From the NCBI GenBank assembly GCA_000442015.1, contig KE560848.1:1-64000 (forward strand): 64,000 bases of DNA. The letters run 5' to 3'. Source of the stretch: Rozella allomycis CSF55 (Eukaryota). A program made the translations under genes and the position numbers. The notes beneath the pieces were generated by a model. That model did no database searches and had not been told where the DNA came from. It saw nothing but the letters and a program-made list of their open reading frames with translations. Of the stretch, positions 1-14,317 are shown piece by piece. Position 1 is the stretch's first letter. Every line of letters starts with the position of its first letter.

Positions 1-1503
1 AAATTTTCTAAACTTTTTGGATGCAAAATTGGTAAACTTTTTCTCGTTTTATTTTCATAAATTATTATTGGTTGACTCATTTCCATTCTTTCACTTTCAA
101 ATTTTATTTCTTCATTCAAAACCTTCATTTCCATCGCATCAACTGGAAATGGTAATCGATACTCTTCAATAATCCCAAACTTTAAATCTTTATCAATTTC
201 ATAACAACAAACTTTATCTCTTTTAGCTACAAACAACAAACACTCTTTATACAACAAATAATCAATCATCCCTTCCAATCCTTCAACTGGCATTTCAATC
301 TCCACATTCCTCACTTTAATACTCTTCACATTCTCTTCCATTCTCTTTATTCTTCTATTTTCATTCTTCTTCAATGCAAATGAAAACACATCAATGGGAT
401 TCTGATGAGGCTTCAATAAACTCCAAAAATCAACAACAACAATCTTCATTTCTTCTTCACACAAAAATCCACACACGCAAATTGGCTTCAATCTCTCCCG
501 TCTATTCGAAAAACAAATTTCCATCTCCTTCATTTTAACCTCATAAAATCCCAACAGTCCAGGTCTATAGTTAATCTCTCCCTCAAAATCAACATCCAAA
601 ACATGACATCCTTGTTCACTCAAGAATATTATATAATCATTCTTCTTGTAACTGCCAAAGAAACAATTCTTCTTCTTCAATTGCTTCTTTATGATTTTCT
701 TTATTGAATAAAACAATCGCCTTCTTTTACACTCCCCTTCAATTTGCCACACTGTCATATACCCATCAATCAATGTCGTCAACACAAACACTTGGCTACA
801 ATTACCTTCATTTACATGTACCTCTCCTTTAACATAACATCCACACAATCAATCTTATCATGATGACCCAAAACAATCTCTCTTTTATCTTTTAAAATTA
901 CTAAATTCTTGGAATTCTATTTAAAATGAATACTCTTGTTTACTTTATGCTGAATTACTACAACCCCCTTTTCAAATATTATTCGCTGTATTTCCCCTTC
1001 TCTTGTCACGTCATAACATTCCCCAGCCATCTCCCAATACCCATCATAATTCTTTTGCAGAATTCTAATTTCCTTTCCAATAATCATACACTGGTCTACA
1101 CTCCCACTCTGTCAAATATTCTACCTTCGCTATTAAACACCATAGCATCAACCTTAAAATCATAAAGTTTAATTTCATTCTGAAACACCCAATCACTACT
1201 CTTTTCATGATAAAATACAATCCTCGATTCCGTACCAACACATATCTATCACTACAAATCAATATTCTCACTGTAGCATTATTGTCAAATGCACACAAAC
1301 ATTTTACTTCTTCCTCCAGCTCTATCACCTTCAACAAGGCTCCATTGCATTCAGCAACAACAATCAACCTCTCACTGGCATATATCAACTACTCAAATCA
1401 CACATATATTTACCATTATAATCTTTTCATTATACAATATACTCGTCGCCAACAACCGGTCCCTTAAAATCGGCCATTGGTCAACTTGGAACTTGCAACC
1501 CAT
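1..1503 (-). CDS. Multi-exon protein of unknown function, 3' end runs off the window
   Basis: ATG at 1503 (MGCKFQVDQWPILRDRLL) is joined by a short GT-AG intron to ORF 1065-1388. Purine-rich coding-like composition on the minus strand continues to base 1. Confidence 0.55.
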
Positions 1504-1627
1504 GCAATTGAAATTTCTCAAAACATAAAAACAAAGACAAAAAGATAAAAGGGAACTATTTGATTCTTGGTTTATTTATAGCTCTAGAACGATACAAGTG
1601 GCGTGCTAAAATCTAAGCCACTCGAAA

Positions 1628-2358
1628 ATGAATTTGAAAGTATTTTTATGCTTGTTGGTTTTGATTGTCACTCTGTCAGCCAATCCTATTGACCCACAAA
1701 ACAATATTTCAGCAGATGCTGAAGTTATTGACAATAAAGTTCCAGGTAATTTTCACAGTTGTATGTGATACAAGATGAACAAAATGAAAAAATGTCCGTT
1801 TGGGGGAAGGTAGGATTCGTGCTTTCTAATATCGCCCATGGCTTTTTTCATGGGAAACCTGATGATGGTTTGAATAAACTTGACGGAGACAGTGATGATC
1901 ATACTGCTGTTAACATCCCCGATGATAATGTCTCGGTTAATGAAAACAAAGTTGTTGAACCAAAGGGATTCGAAGTACTAGATATGCAAGATTTAACACG
2001 CCAAAAAGTTCCCGAGGAAACTGAACAAGTTTTAGCTGTGGAAGAAACTAAAGTAGCCAAAGAAAACGTGGAAATACAACAACAAGTTTTAGCTGTGGAA
2101 GAAACTGAAGTAGCCAAAGAAAACTTGGAAATACAACAGTCGAATATAGATGAAACAAAGAAAGAAACTCAAGCGCCAATAGACAATGATAAAGAAAAAA
2201 CCGAATCAGATTCTAAAGCTTCAGCTGATGGAGGAAATGAAATTCCTATCATTGCAATAGTCAGCGGAGTATTCGGAGGTAGTGCAGTCGCAAGCATGGC
2301 ATTTCTAGCCCGCCGTAAATATGCCAAAAGTCGTAAAGATCAAATAAATAATGCTTAA
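1628..2358 (+). CDS. Type I membrane/surface protein: signal peptide, acidic repeat stalk, C-terminal TM
   Basis: Signal-like start MNLKVFLCLLVLIVTLSANP. A 29-nt intron (1746-1774) joins it in frame to ORF 1759-2358. It ends IPIIAIVSGVFGGSAVASMAFLARRK. Confidence 0.75.
2026..2139 (+). repeat. Two tandem 57-nt (19-aa) coding repeats
   Basis: QVLAVEETKVAKENVEIQQ / QVLAVEETEVAKENLEIQQ. Confidence 0.9.
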
Positions 2359-2385
2359 AATCATATAATCATTATTTATGTTATG

Positions 2386-3699
2386 TTACATACACTGCGT
2401 CTCCTTTAAAGACAGATAATACATGGAATATTTATCCATTCCAGTCACATCGGCATTGATTTTTACAAATGAAGGGAGCCAAGAATCATCGTTTGTCTTT
2501 CTTTTGTCAACAAACCCCTCCATTAGTACAAGGCCAGGGGCTGGTGAATGAAACTTGTCAATGTGAAAATAATGATTTTCCCAAATGAATACCCTTCTTG
2601 TTTTGATAATGCTGCTGCGTGAAGGGTCCCTCTGAGAATATAACGCCTTTTCTACTCACATATAGAGATTTACCTCATATTCTCGCGGGGTTAATGTTCT
2701 CCTTACTTCAATTGTTTGCCCATCCTTTTGATTCTTTCTTATAGTGAGTGTATAAGTGTAATAGTCACCAATTCCTCTTTTTCTTATCCTTGCTTGACTT
2801 CCATCAGTCGAAATTAGGTAATTGTGCTCAACGTGAAAATCTCTAAAACCTATTTCGCTATTCCAACTAGTTGGAAATCCCTTTAATAAGAACTTTCGCT
2901 TTCTTAAAAACTTTCCTCCCCTGCGATCTTCAAGTCCAAGTCTTAAAAGAACTGTTTCGACAACCTTTTTCAATTTTTGATCAAAAGGCGTAGAATTATC
3001 AATTACATGCAACGAAGGATGTCCATTCCAAGCTTCTAAAATTCTTTGGTCCAGGATTTTAGCCAATTCCATATTTTCTGATCTTACGCTGTTAGTTTCA
3101 TTCCCATAAAATTTTTCCGCGCCATTGGCAGCAGACTCCTATAATTCTAGTAAATAAATGAAAATACCATGTGTATTACAAAATCATACCTTTCATCCCT
3201 CAATTTCGCTTCAGCCATACTCATTTGTTGTAAGATATGAATCCAGTCCACTCGATCAACATCTATGAAAAAACATTTTACATTTAAACTACATGCGGAT
3301 GGATCCATCGTCCCTCTATCACATATTACAACCACATTTTGACCTCCAGATGCTTGACTTGCAGCTAGCTCCATGATTGAGTCTTCAATTGTAATCATAA
3401 CCTTCAATAAGTTCATTTGAAAGCTAATCTCTAAAAATAAGACAAAGTAGTAACTTACGTTGATCCTTAGTTAAGGTTGAAAATTCAACTCCAGAGCTTA
3501 AAAGAATTGTTGATGTTTCAGAGATTTTATATACTTTCCATCCCATGTTCTCCAGCATATCAATATTTCAAAGATCTTTGATAATTACCTGATAAAACTG
3601 TTTGAGCAGTAGATTTTCCGCCACACGGTCCTTTACAATGAAATCAATGAATTAATTACCTCCCGTTAAGGCTAATTTAATGAACCGGCCTTGGACCAT
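2386..3699 (-). CDS. P-loop NTPase (AAA_28-like) plus CYTH-like domain protein, TTD14-like
   Basis: The spliced N-terminus KLALTGGPCGGKST is a Walker A motif. Also present: ICDRGTMD, RYDFVIHMV, AWNGHP and the CYTH-type YL...RIRKRG...YTLT. Confidence 0.75.
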
Positions 3700-3785
3700 T
3701 CAGATTCAATAATTTTGGAAATTTCCAATAAAGTTTGCAAAAAGAGAAATTTTTTCACCCCCTGTAAAGTGTCCGTAACTCACAC

Positions 3786-4586
3786 ATGACTGCTTCCAAC
3801 CTTCCATCTATTTTAAACCCAACTGAAGAAGACCTTCAAATGCTTTTAGCTGCCAAGTGCCATCTTGGAAACAAGAACGCCGAAGTTCCAATGCTTCCAT
3901 ACATTTTCAAGCGCCGTCCTGATGGAATTAACATTTTGAACATTGCCAAGACTTGGGAAAAAATTGTCTTTGCTGCTCGTGTCATCGCCTCCATTGAAAA
4001 TCCAGCTGATATTGTTGTTATTTCAGCCCGTCCTTATGGTCAACGTGCTGCTCTCAAATTTGCAAAGTTCGTTGGTGCTGAAGCTGTTGCTGGACGTTTT
4101 ACTCCAGGTACTTTCACCAACTACATCACCCGTGCTTTTAAGGAACCACGTTTGATCATTTGCACTGACCCACGTACTGATCATCAACCAATCAAAGAAG
4201 CTTCTTATGTTAACATCCCAACCATTGCTCTTTGCGACGCTGATTCTCCTCTTCGTTATGTTGATGTTGCTATTCCAACCAACAACAAGAGCAAGCACTC
4301 TATCGGTTTGGTCTACTATTTGTTGGCTCGTGAAGTTTTACGTCTTCGTGGAACTATCAGCCGCTCTGAACCATGGACTGAAAAAGTTGATCTCTTCTTC
4401 TACCGTGACCCAGAAGAGGTTGCTGAAGAAGCCAAGGAAGAAGTTGCTGAAATTGTTGAAGCCGATCAATCATCTGAAGTCGTTGCTGATACTTGGGCTG
4501 AAGGTGCCACTGAATTTGCTGCTGCTGAAAACTGGGGTGATGCCGCTGCCGTTGAAGAAGAAGCTGTCGGTGCTTGGGGTCAATAA
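3786..4586 (+). CDS. RPS0: 40S ribosomal protein uS2 (SA/S0)
   Basis: Intronless; [40 protein letters not shown]. Confidence 0.98.
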   Translation: MTASNLPSILNPTEEDLQMLLAAKCHLGNKNAEVPMLPYIFKRRPDGINILNIAKTWEKIVFAARVIASIENPADIVVISARPYGQRAALKFAKFVGAEAVAGRFTPGTFTNYITRAFKEPRLIICTDPRTDHQPIKEASYVNIPTIALCDADSPLRYVDVAIPTNNKSKHSIGLVYYLLAREVLRLRGTISRSEPWTEKVDLFFYRDPEEVAEEAKEEVAEIVEADQSSEVVADTWAEGATEFAAAENWGDAAAVEEEAVGAWGQ

Positions 4587-4812
4587 AGTATTAGTCATTC
4601 ATTCCTTCTAAACATTTTTTTGTTTTATTTGCCATAATTTCCTTATGGCTGTAATGAATCAATGATGAATTCTGAGCAAGCGAAATTGATGGATCTTGTT
4701 TAATGTTTTTGTATAAGGGTGGGTTTTCGTAATCCTGGATTTTGAGTTTTAACCCTGAAATTCACGCCGAATGGTAACTTAAAGATACAAATCAAATGAA
4801 ATATTAGCTTTG

Positions 4813-5253
4813 TTATTTATTGCTTCTAATGTTCCTATATCGGTCTATAATTCCCTGGCAGGTTGGCATACCACATCTACATTGAAATGTCCACCTGGGG
4901 TCCCAGTAATCTTCTGATGAGCCATGATTATACAAAAACGTCAGCTCCTCATCTTTCAAAACTTTTTTGATAGTGACAATTTCTAGGCGTTCATTAATTT
5001 CACAATTTGGCTCACAGCTATGGTTCGCATATCGAGCATTTTTTAATGGTATTAACCATTTCCATAAGCCGTCACTTGCTAGAAAGTTCAAAACATATTG
5101 AACTTCATCTTCTGGCACCTCGCAATAGTTCTCAAATATGATATCATCTTTTGGCTTGAAACGCTCTGCGACTTCATTTATTTCCAAATCTTTCGAGGCA
5201 CGTAAAGAAAAACCGTTGCTTGATTGATGAGCGTAAGAAGGATATGTTGACAT
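4813..5253 (-). CDS. Small SET plus post-SET domain protein
   Basis: ARYANHSCEPN, EELTFLY and the post-SET motif CRCGMPTCQG. Confidence 0.85.
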   Translation of the reverse strand: MSTYPSYAHQSSNGFSLRASKDLEINEVAERFKPKDDIIFENYCEVPEDEVQYVLNFLASDGLWKWLIPLKNARYANHSCEPNCEINERLEIVTIKKVLKDEELTFLYNHGSSEDYWDPRWTFQCRCGMPTCQGIIDRYRNIRSNK

Positions 5254-5328
5254 TTCACAAGTATCACAACTGAAAAGTAATTAAAATGGTGGCTAATTCG
5301 CCATACTTTATTGCAAAAGATGAATAAA

Positions 5329-6063
5329 CTAACAAGAGCATTGTGATATTGAAGAATCCTGCCTTCGTGTAATATTGATGCTATTTTGTGTTTGTTCTTC
5401 AACCTGTTTTTTACTAAATGATTCTAGAGGAAGTTTTTTGGCTGTTTATCGAACATTTTATTTTTTACCAATTTCCTTAAAGAGATGATTTACGTTTTCA
5501 TTTTCTTTCGCCGATGTTTCTAAAAATAGAAGCCCTTTCTCAGATGAATAGGATGATGCCACCTTGATTAAAAATATTCGCACTATATACTTCCGATTCT
5601 ACCTGCCTTGAGTCGTGCAAGTCACATTTATTTCCGGCTAAGGCAACAACGATCTCATTAGTGGCCTGTCTTTGTAATTCCTTCACCCAAGATTTCGCTC
5701 TATCAAAAGAATCCTATTAGCTTCATGAAAAAACATTACAGAATTTGTGATATCGTAAACAACAATTGCCGCCTGCGCATTTCTATAATACATTGGCGCC
5801 AAACTATGAAATCTTTCTTGTCCAGCCGTGTCCCAAATTTCAAATTTTATTATTTTGTCTTGAACCTTGCATTTTTGAGTTAAAAAAGCAGCGCCAATCT
5901 TTGTAATCATCAGGAAATACATTACAGTGGGTTCCTTATTTTCTTGATAATCATTGTTGACAAATCTGAGTACCAATGAAGATTTACCAACAGCTGCTTC
6001 GCCAAGGAGAACTAGCTTGATTTGAATTGGCTTGAGCATTGATGGAGAAGATATCATTTCCAT
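5329..6063 (-). CDS. Rab5/Vps21-family GTPase
   Basis: [27 protein letters not shown] and ETSAK; the spliced C-terminus ends in the CSC prenylation motif (stop at 5329-5331). Confidence 0.92.
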
Positions 6064-6511
6064 CGAAGCTTATTGTATCACGTGGCTGAATTTGTTTGTT
6101 TTTAGTTTTCAGCCCATCAATAGCATTTAACATTATATTAAAGTTACAAGTTGATAAATGTTAAAAATGAAGGCAAAATATCTTACATAAAAAATCAATT
6201 CAATTAGTCATTTTGGGACCAATAAGTGGCAGATACAATTTTATCTATAAATACTAATTAACTATGTCATTAAATAAGAACTAGAACTTCTCCAAGATAA
6301 CCCATGGCGCGAATTGTATAAGATGATAAATAAAAACGACCAATTTCATGATTGGTTTCCCGAATCCCCGATAAGGATGCTCAATACCGCATGCATTAAA
6401 CATCTATTACTTTTTCATTCCGTTTTTTCACTCGCTACTATTTATTTCCGATACCTCTTTTCTGGCCACAAAATGCCTTGGTAACAATAGCATTAACAAC
6501 AAAAAATCTGA

Positions 6512-7683
<1,172 letters not shown>

Positions 7684-7741
7684 AAATAAATGTATAAAAA
7701 TTCAATTTTGTGTAAAATTATATATTTATTATTTAACAAGT

Positions 7742-10700
7742 TTATATGAGCAAGTTGGTGAGTTTTTTCTTTCTACGAGAGTTTACAAACACAGCAGTAG
7801 CCGCGACACAAGAAGTACCACCTACTATACCAGCTACAATCCCCGCAACAGGAATATCTTCGTCATCTGAATCGTTTGAATCGTCTGGAGCGTCTTTCTC
7901 CATGTCTTCTTCTACTTTGTCTGTGGAATACATATCTAGTAATTCTTGTACTTGACTTTTGATTGCAACGAGCGAGTTATTTTCACTTACTACCTTTTCC
8001 ATTGACTTTTTAACTTTTTGGTATTTTTTCGACAACGTTGAATTTGCGAGCGCCAAATCTTTCTTTTCTTTTTGGCAAGAAATTTTATCATTTTTAAGTT
8101 TTGTGTTTAAATTTGCAATTTCATTTAATGAATTTTGGAGGGTAACAAGGTCAGATTCACATTTGAGCAATGAACCTTTATCTTTTGAATAGAGGTCCTT
8201 TGTAGATTTTAATTGATTTGATAATTGGTCCAAATTCTTTGAGAGAGTTTGATTTTCAGTTGATAAATTAGAATTATCTTTCTTTAGTTGATCTAATTGA
8301 GAATCTACGTCTCTATTTTGAGCATTCAATTTCTGAATTTTCTGATTTAAATTTGAAATTTCGGATTTAAGCTTTGCAATTTTGGGGTCATTTTTATTAG
8401 AATGAAGTTTTGTTAATAGCGAGTCTACTTTTCTAGAGCAAATATTGTTCTCGTTTGTTAAAGATTGGATTTCAGAATTTGAAGATTCAACTTCATTATT
8501 TAAAGACTGAATTTCAGATTTTAGGGATTCAATTTGACTGTTTAGCGATTCTATTTGATCATTTAATGATTCAACTTGACTATTTAGAGATATGTTTTTA
8601 TTCTTTGATGAGTCTAAAGCTAACGAAATTTCAGAAAATTTTGTTTCAAGGGTGACTAATTCGCTTTCTTTCTTTTCTAGGTCAATTTTGAGCAATTCAT
8701 TTTGTTTATTTGCATTTGAAAGATTAGAATACTCTTGTTTTAAAGATTTTAGTAATTCATCTTTTTTATGTAGAGAAAGTTCTAGTTCTTGAATTTTGGA
8801 TAATTGTTTGCTCAAGATTGAATTCTTATCATTCAAGCTTGAATCTCTTTCATTGACAAGAGCCTCTAATTGAGTAGCCAGCGAATCTCTTTCCTTTACA
8901 ATAGAATCTCTTTCCTTTACAATAGAATCTCTTTCTTTTGAGGTTTCTTGTAACACTAAATCTTTATCTTTCACTAAGGAATCTCTTTCTCTTATAGCTT
9001 TTTTCAAAGCTTCATCTTTTTCTTTCAACAAATTATTCATTGTGATTTCTATTTGATTACTTTCATCAGATAGCTTTTCATTTTCATCAGACAACTTGTC
9101 ATTTTCATCAGATAACTCTTTTATTTCTTTAAATAGTCCCTCTATGTCATTAGATAATTTATTAATTTTATTAGATAATTCATCAATTTTATTAAGATAT
9201 TCTTTTTCTTTATCTTTGTAGTTTGATTCATTTTGTTTAACAAGTTCATCTTTAACTTTGACAAGGGTTCGATACAATTCAATGCGCTCTGATAAAGTTA
9301 TCTTTAACGAATTATAATCATCTACTCCAGCTTGGATTTGTTTCAGTAATTCTATTTCTCTTTCTTCAAATTCTCTATTCCTTTCATTATAAAACTCTGA
9401 TAAAGAAACGATTTCAGATTGTAAAGTTGATAATTCATTTTTATCGAGTTTCATTTCTTCAACATTATTTTTATTCTCCATTACTCTTAAATTAATTTTC
9501 TCCATATTTTCTTTGTCTTTCAACATTTGATTTTCTATTAACTTATCTCGATCTTCTATAATTCCCAACAATTCTACTTTGAGGTCCTCCAATTCATTAT
9601 TTCTATTAATCATATCTATAACCACAGCTTGACTCTGTTTTATGAACCCTTCACTATCTACTATAACTTTTCTATATTCTTCTTCCCTTAATTCAAACTC
9701 TTTTCCTTTTTGTAAAAGTTGATCATTCAATTTATTTATTTCTTTTTCTTTATATTCAAGTTCAATTTTTAGTTTATCAATCAACGTTGATTCCAAATTT
9801 CCTAAACTCTAATTATGAAAAATCAGAAATATATTTACTTTGATTAAATCTTCATTCTGTCTTAGCATTTTGCAATTTACACTTTCATTTGACTGATTGT
9901 CACCACTTTCATTCTCACTTTCACCTTCAACTCCAACTACACATTGTTTTCCTTCATTTAATGTTTTAATCAAATTGTTTGTCATTTGAATCAAATGATT
10001 ATTTAATTCGCGATTTTTAGCAACAATCGATTCATTTTCAGCAATAGCTTTGTTTCTTTCAGTAGTCAACAATTCATTCAACTCTTTTACATTCACAAGC
10101 TCATCAATTGCTTTTTCTTTTTCACTGCTAATCTTTTCAAATTCATCTTTAACTCTTTCTATTTCTTTCTTGATTTCATCTCTTTCTCTTGCTATTTCCT
10201 CTCTGTTGTTTGTTATTGTCTCTATTTCATCTCTTAATGTTTCATTTTCTTCAGCATTTCTTTTTATTTTTGCCATAACATTTAAAAGGTGTTCCTCTAT
10301 TTGTTTAATTTCTTCTACTTCCTTTTCTCTTTCAAGCAAAATTAAATCTTTTTGTTTTATTATTGAATCTCTCTCTTTTATAATTGAATCCCTTTCTTCA
10401 ATAGCTTTCTCTCTCTCTAAAGACATTTGTTCAATAGCTTTATCACTCTCTAAACACATTTCTTTTTGAACAAATTTCATTTCTTCTTCAATAGACTTCT
10501 TTTCTCTTTGGAGTCCCTCAATTTCTCTCACAAACTTTAATTCAACTTCAGTCTTCTTTTTCAATACTTGTGTTATTAATTCTTTATACTCTTTTCTCTG
10601 TGAATCAACTTCAATCAGCTCCCCAATCAATTTCTCCTTTTCACTTGCGTATTGTTCTTCCATTTCTTCATACTTTTCATTCAAAAATTCTGCATGTTCT

Positions 10701-13700
10701 ATCAAAGCTTCGTAATCTTCGTATTTATTAAACCTTGCTAGCTGCTCTTGCAATGCCACAACCTGCCCCGTCAATAACTCTCTTTGATATTCCAAGTCTG
10801 CTATCATTTCAGCAAATTCTTCATCACTCAAATGTCTTTTATCTTCTTCTATTTTTCTCAATTTGAAATAATCTTCTTTCAAAGTTCTTAACTCTTTTTT
10901 AAGTTCGTTAATATTCTCATCCTTCATTTCAACAGTTTGCTCAAATTTCTTCAGTTTTTGTTTAAGATGTTCAATGGCCATCTTGTCTCCATACTTTCCA
11001 GAATAATAATCTTCAGATTCTTTCTTTATTTTATCAATCTTCTCCTCCAATTTTCGAATTCTGAGTTCATATCCATCAACAACATTGTGTATAATGTCTT
11101 TATAGTATTCTTCTAAATCAGCTTCTTCTTTTTTAACATCAGCAAGGTCATGATTCAAATCTTCAATATGCTTCACAAAACTCTCCCTTTGATTTTCCCC
11201 AATCGCATTCCCTTCAATAATCGGTTCGTCTATGTCCATGTAAAACTCAACTTCTACATCTTTCTTTTCATCTTTTTTTTCGTCTTTTTTTCTCAAGTTC
11301 TTGGCTTCATTCAATTCTGTTTTACAACTTTGCAATTTTTCATCAGTTGCAATAATTGTTGCCTGAGCCGACGCAAAATCTTTTTCCAACTTTTTAATTC
11401 TCGTGTTCGCTTTGCTCAACTCTTCCCGAGTGTCTTGCAGTTGCTTTCTAGTCTCCTGCCATGTAAGCTCAATATCGTTTCGCCTACACTTTATAGTGTT
11501 TAGTTTATACTCGACAATAGCTACTTCCAATTCTCGTTCCTTTATTTCATCCTGCAATTGTTTCTTTTCTTTATCGTTGGTGTCACCAACCTCTTTAAGC
11601 TTAGATTGAAGATTTTCCATATTTTGTTTTGCGTTTTCAAATTTAATATTCAATGACCTATGTTCCAACTCTAGATCCAAATTTTCCTTCTTTTGAGAGA
11701 GTTTATAGTCGTTTAGGATCTCTTCAAATTCTTTTCTCTGATCTTCCAACGCCTTTTTTACTTTATCATTCAAATCTTGCGTTTCAGATTCATTTCCACT
11801 CGCATTCTCTTTACTTGCTTTATTAATCTGCTTCTTTAATTCTGCTATTTGCCTTTCGTTTTCATCTTTCAGTCTTTCCGATTTATCGAAATATTTTTTA
11901 AAATCGGCCATCATTTCGATTGGATCCATCGAAGTATTCTTTATTTCTTCATCTTTTTCGGCTATTTCATTCAACAAATTATTCATCATCTCAATAATCA
12001 TATCAGCATCTGCGTTCCATTTTGCATTTGTTTCATCAACTTCATCCGTTTCATCAGGTACAGGACATTCAGCTTTTGTAGTTATGGTTAAATCCGCATT
12101 TTTCATTCTTGGTGAGCTACTCATCAACTTTTCTCTAGGCAAACTAGCGGGTGAGCCATTAATCTTATATGATTTAGCTTTGCGATGTTCTAATTTTCAC
12201 GTTTTTATTTATGTTACCATTTTCTATAAATCTTAGCCTTTCCGTAGTGCGCGCATCAACTTTCTTGGCATGGTCATAAAATGACTCTGGGTTGTTGTTA
12301 TCGATTGCAGGAATCTCATCTTCCACAAATATAAATTGCTCCAACCATTCAGGTAAAGGCGCTGAAACAATCTTCAAAGATGACCGTAACATGGCTATTG
12401 AACGCTGCTCATTTTTGATTTTCTTTAAGAGGTGTCTCTCTTCATCCGTTAGTTCTTCACTTTGAATATATTGCAACTTGCCACGAACCAAATGCAATGA
12501 ATATTTACTCTCTTCAACTTTCATTCTTTTGTGGGATGCTATTTTTACAAGAATGGTCGAAAGGCCCTCGAATGTTTTTTTAATACTATCATTTTCAAGT
12601 TTGAGCAGATTAACATCAAGTTTCGCTTTACCTAAATTACGTAAAGCTTTTTTATATTTCAATTCCCAACTCACATGTGTACTTTTTTGTTTTAAACCCT
12701 CTTGATCATCCTTTTGTGGGATCTGTGAATCAATAATATTTTTAACATCTTCCTCTGTCTTAATTGTCGGATCTATCGCCAACTTGCGCAGTTTCGCTAC
12801 AACCTCTCTGTTGGCATCCAATTCTTTATTAAGGTCTGTTATCTTGTTTTTTAACAAATTTATTGCCTCTTCATGAATTTGATTGATCTCTTTAATATCA
12901 TCATCATGATGTCTCTTCATTTCCTCGATTTGTTTTTCTATTCTTTCATTCGCATCCTTTCCATTGACCCAGCCGTTAAACATACTACCAACAACACCTA
13001 AAAGCTGCTGTCTTGCAGATTCAAGTTCCTGAATTTGTAACTTTTCAACACTATTGTTATCTACCAAAGCATCTATAGTCTGATCCTTTTCTTTCAGTTG
13101 ACCTTTTAATTTTTGAATCTCGTGCTTGGCATCTTTGTAAATTTCCATCTCGGCTTCAAGACTATCAACATTACTTTTCAGAGCCTGTTTTTCATCCTCC
13201 AATAATGAGTTTTTTTCTTTTAGAGCGTCTATTTCTCGTTGCTTCTGTTTGACCAAATCTTTCAATTGAAAATATTCCACTTGAATATCTAAAGTTAAGC
13301 TATTTTGTTTATCCTTTTGTTCCTTTTGTTCAAAGCTTTCAATTTGAGCCGATAATTGTTGTACAAGGGCGTCCTTGCGGTCCAAATTATAAACCGCAGT
13401 GTCAAGACGGGATTTTAAATTTTGGTTTTCTTCTTGTAAGTCTCGTATTCTAGCAAACTGTGACTGTTCGTCAAAATAATAAGATTGATAGCTCACATCT
13501 GACATGTCATCATGATCATAGCCTATATTTCTTTTAAGAATAAATTACGAGAACAGCTTCCCACTGAAGTAGCGTCATCATACCTTCTACGATCAACCGT
13601 AGGAGAGTCGGGATGTCTGGCACTAAGGGCGGAAACAGATGCTCTTCTCCTGACGAGAGGATTTGGAGCCAGACCCAAAGAATGACGTCGTGGATATAGG

Positions 13701-13771
13701 CCACTTTGGTTAGTTCCAAGTACTAGATATGATAATATCAGCAGGAAAAAATTTTCACCAATTTTTTTCAT
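7742..13771 (-). CDS. Giant (about 1,980 aa) coiled-coil protein with a hydrophobic N-terminus and a C-terminal TM
   Basis: Four ORFs (13523-13798, 12174-13505, 9809-12142, 7742-9796) join in frame through 26-, 28- and 30-nt GT-AG introns. The body is heptad-rich in E/K/L. The start is 13771 or 13798. Confidence 0.75.
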
Positions 13772-14317
13772 AAAAATACTGATACACTCAGCCACCATGA
13801 GTTGTTTATTGTAATTTAACCTAATCGAGTAATTAAGGTTATGTAGTTATGTGGCCATTATATATTAAAATACATCATTGTTGCATTAAAAAATATGAAA
13901 ATTTTATACTTGGCAAATATTTTATACTGGAGGAATGGACGTAGATTCTTTGGCTTTCCTTAAAAGTATCGCGCATGCTGCATGCAGTGTCCAATCTGCA
14001 AAATATTGAAACTAATGTGGTATATCACAGGCTGAGATTAAAAATTAGTTTCACATTAGCAAAAAGGAATGCATTCATGATTCTGAGAAGACTGGCATAA
14101 ACACTTTAAATAAAATTAGTTTTTGTTAAAAAATATGTTTCTTGTAAACCTTATAAACAACAAGGATAAATTTGACGATTCAATTCGCGTTTGTTTTTTC
14201 GCATAACTCAGACATATATTGAAGGCCCATTAGGTTATCAAGATTCTAATTTACACTTTTACCCATATTTGTTTAAGGTTTGCTTTGTTTTGAAATTATA
14301 AAATCTCACGAATCAAA

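Noticed and set aside
4631-4760. Hairpin plus ATGATGA...CTGA, a possible C/D snoRNA downstream of RPS0
   Set aside because: The box spacing is atypical and I recognised no antisense element to eukaryotic rRNA; it may be UTR or an extra exon.
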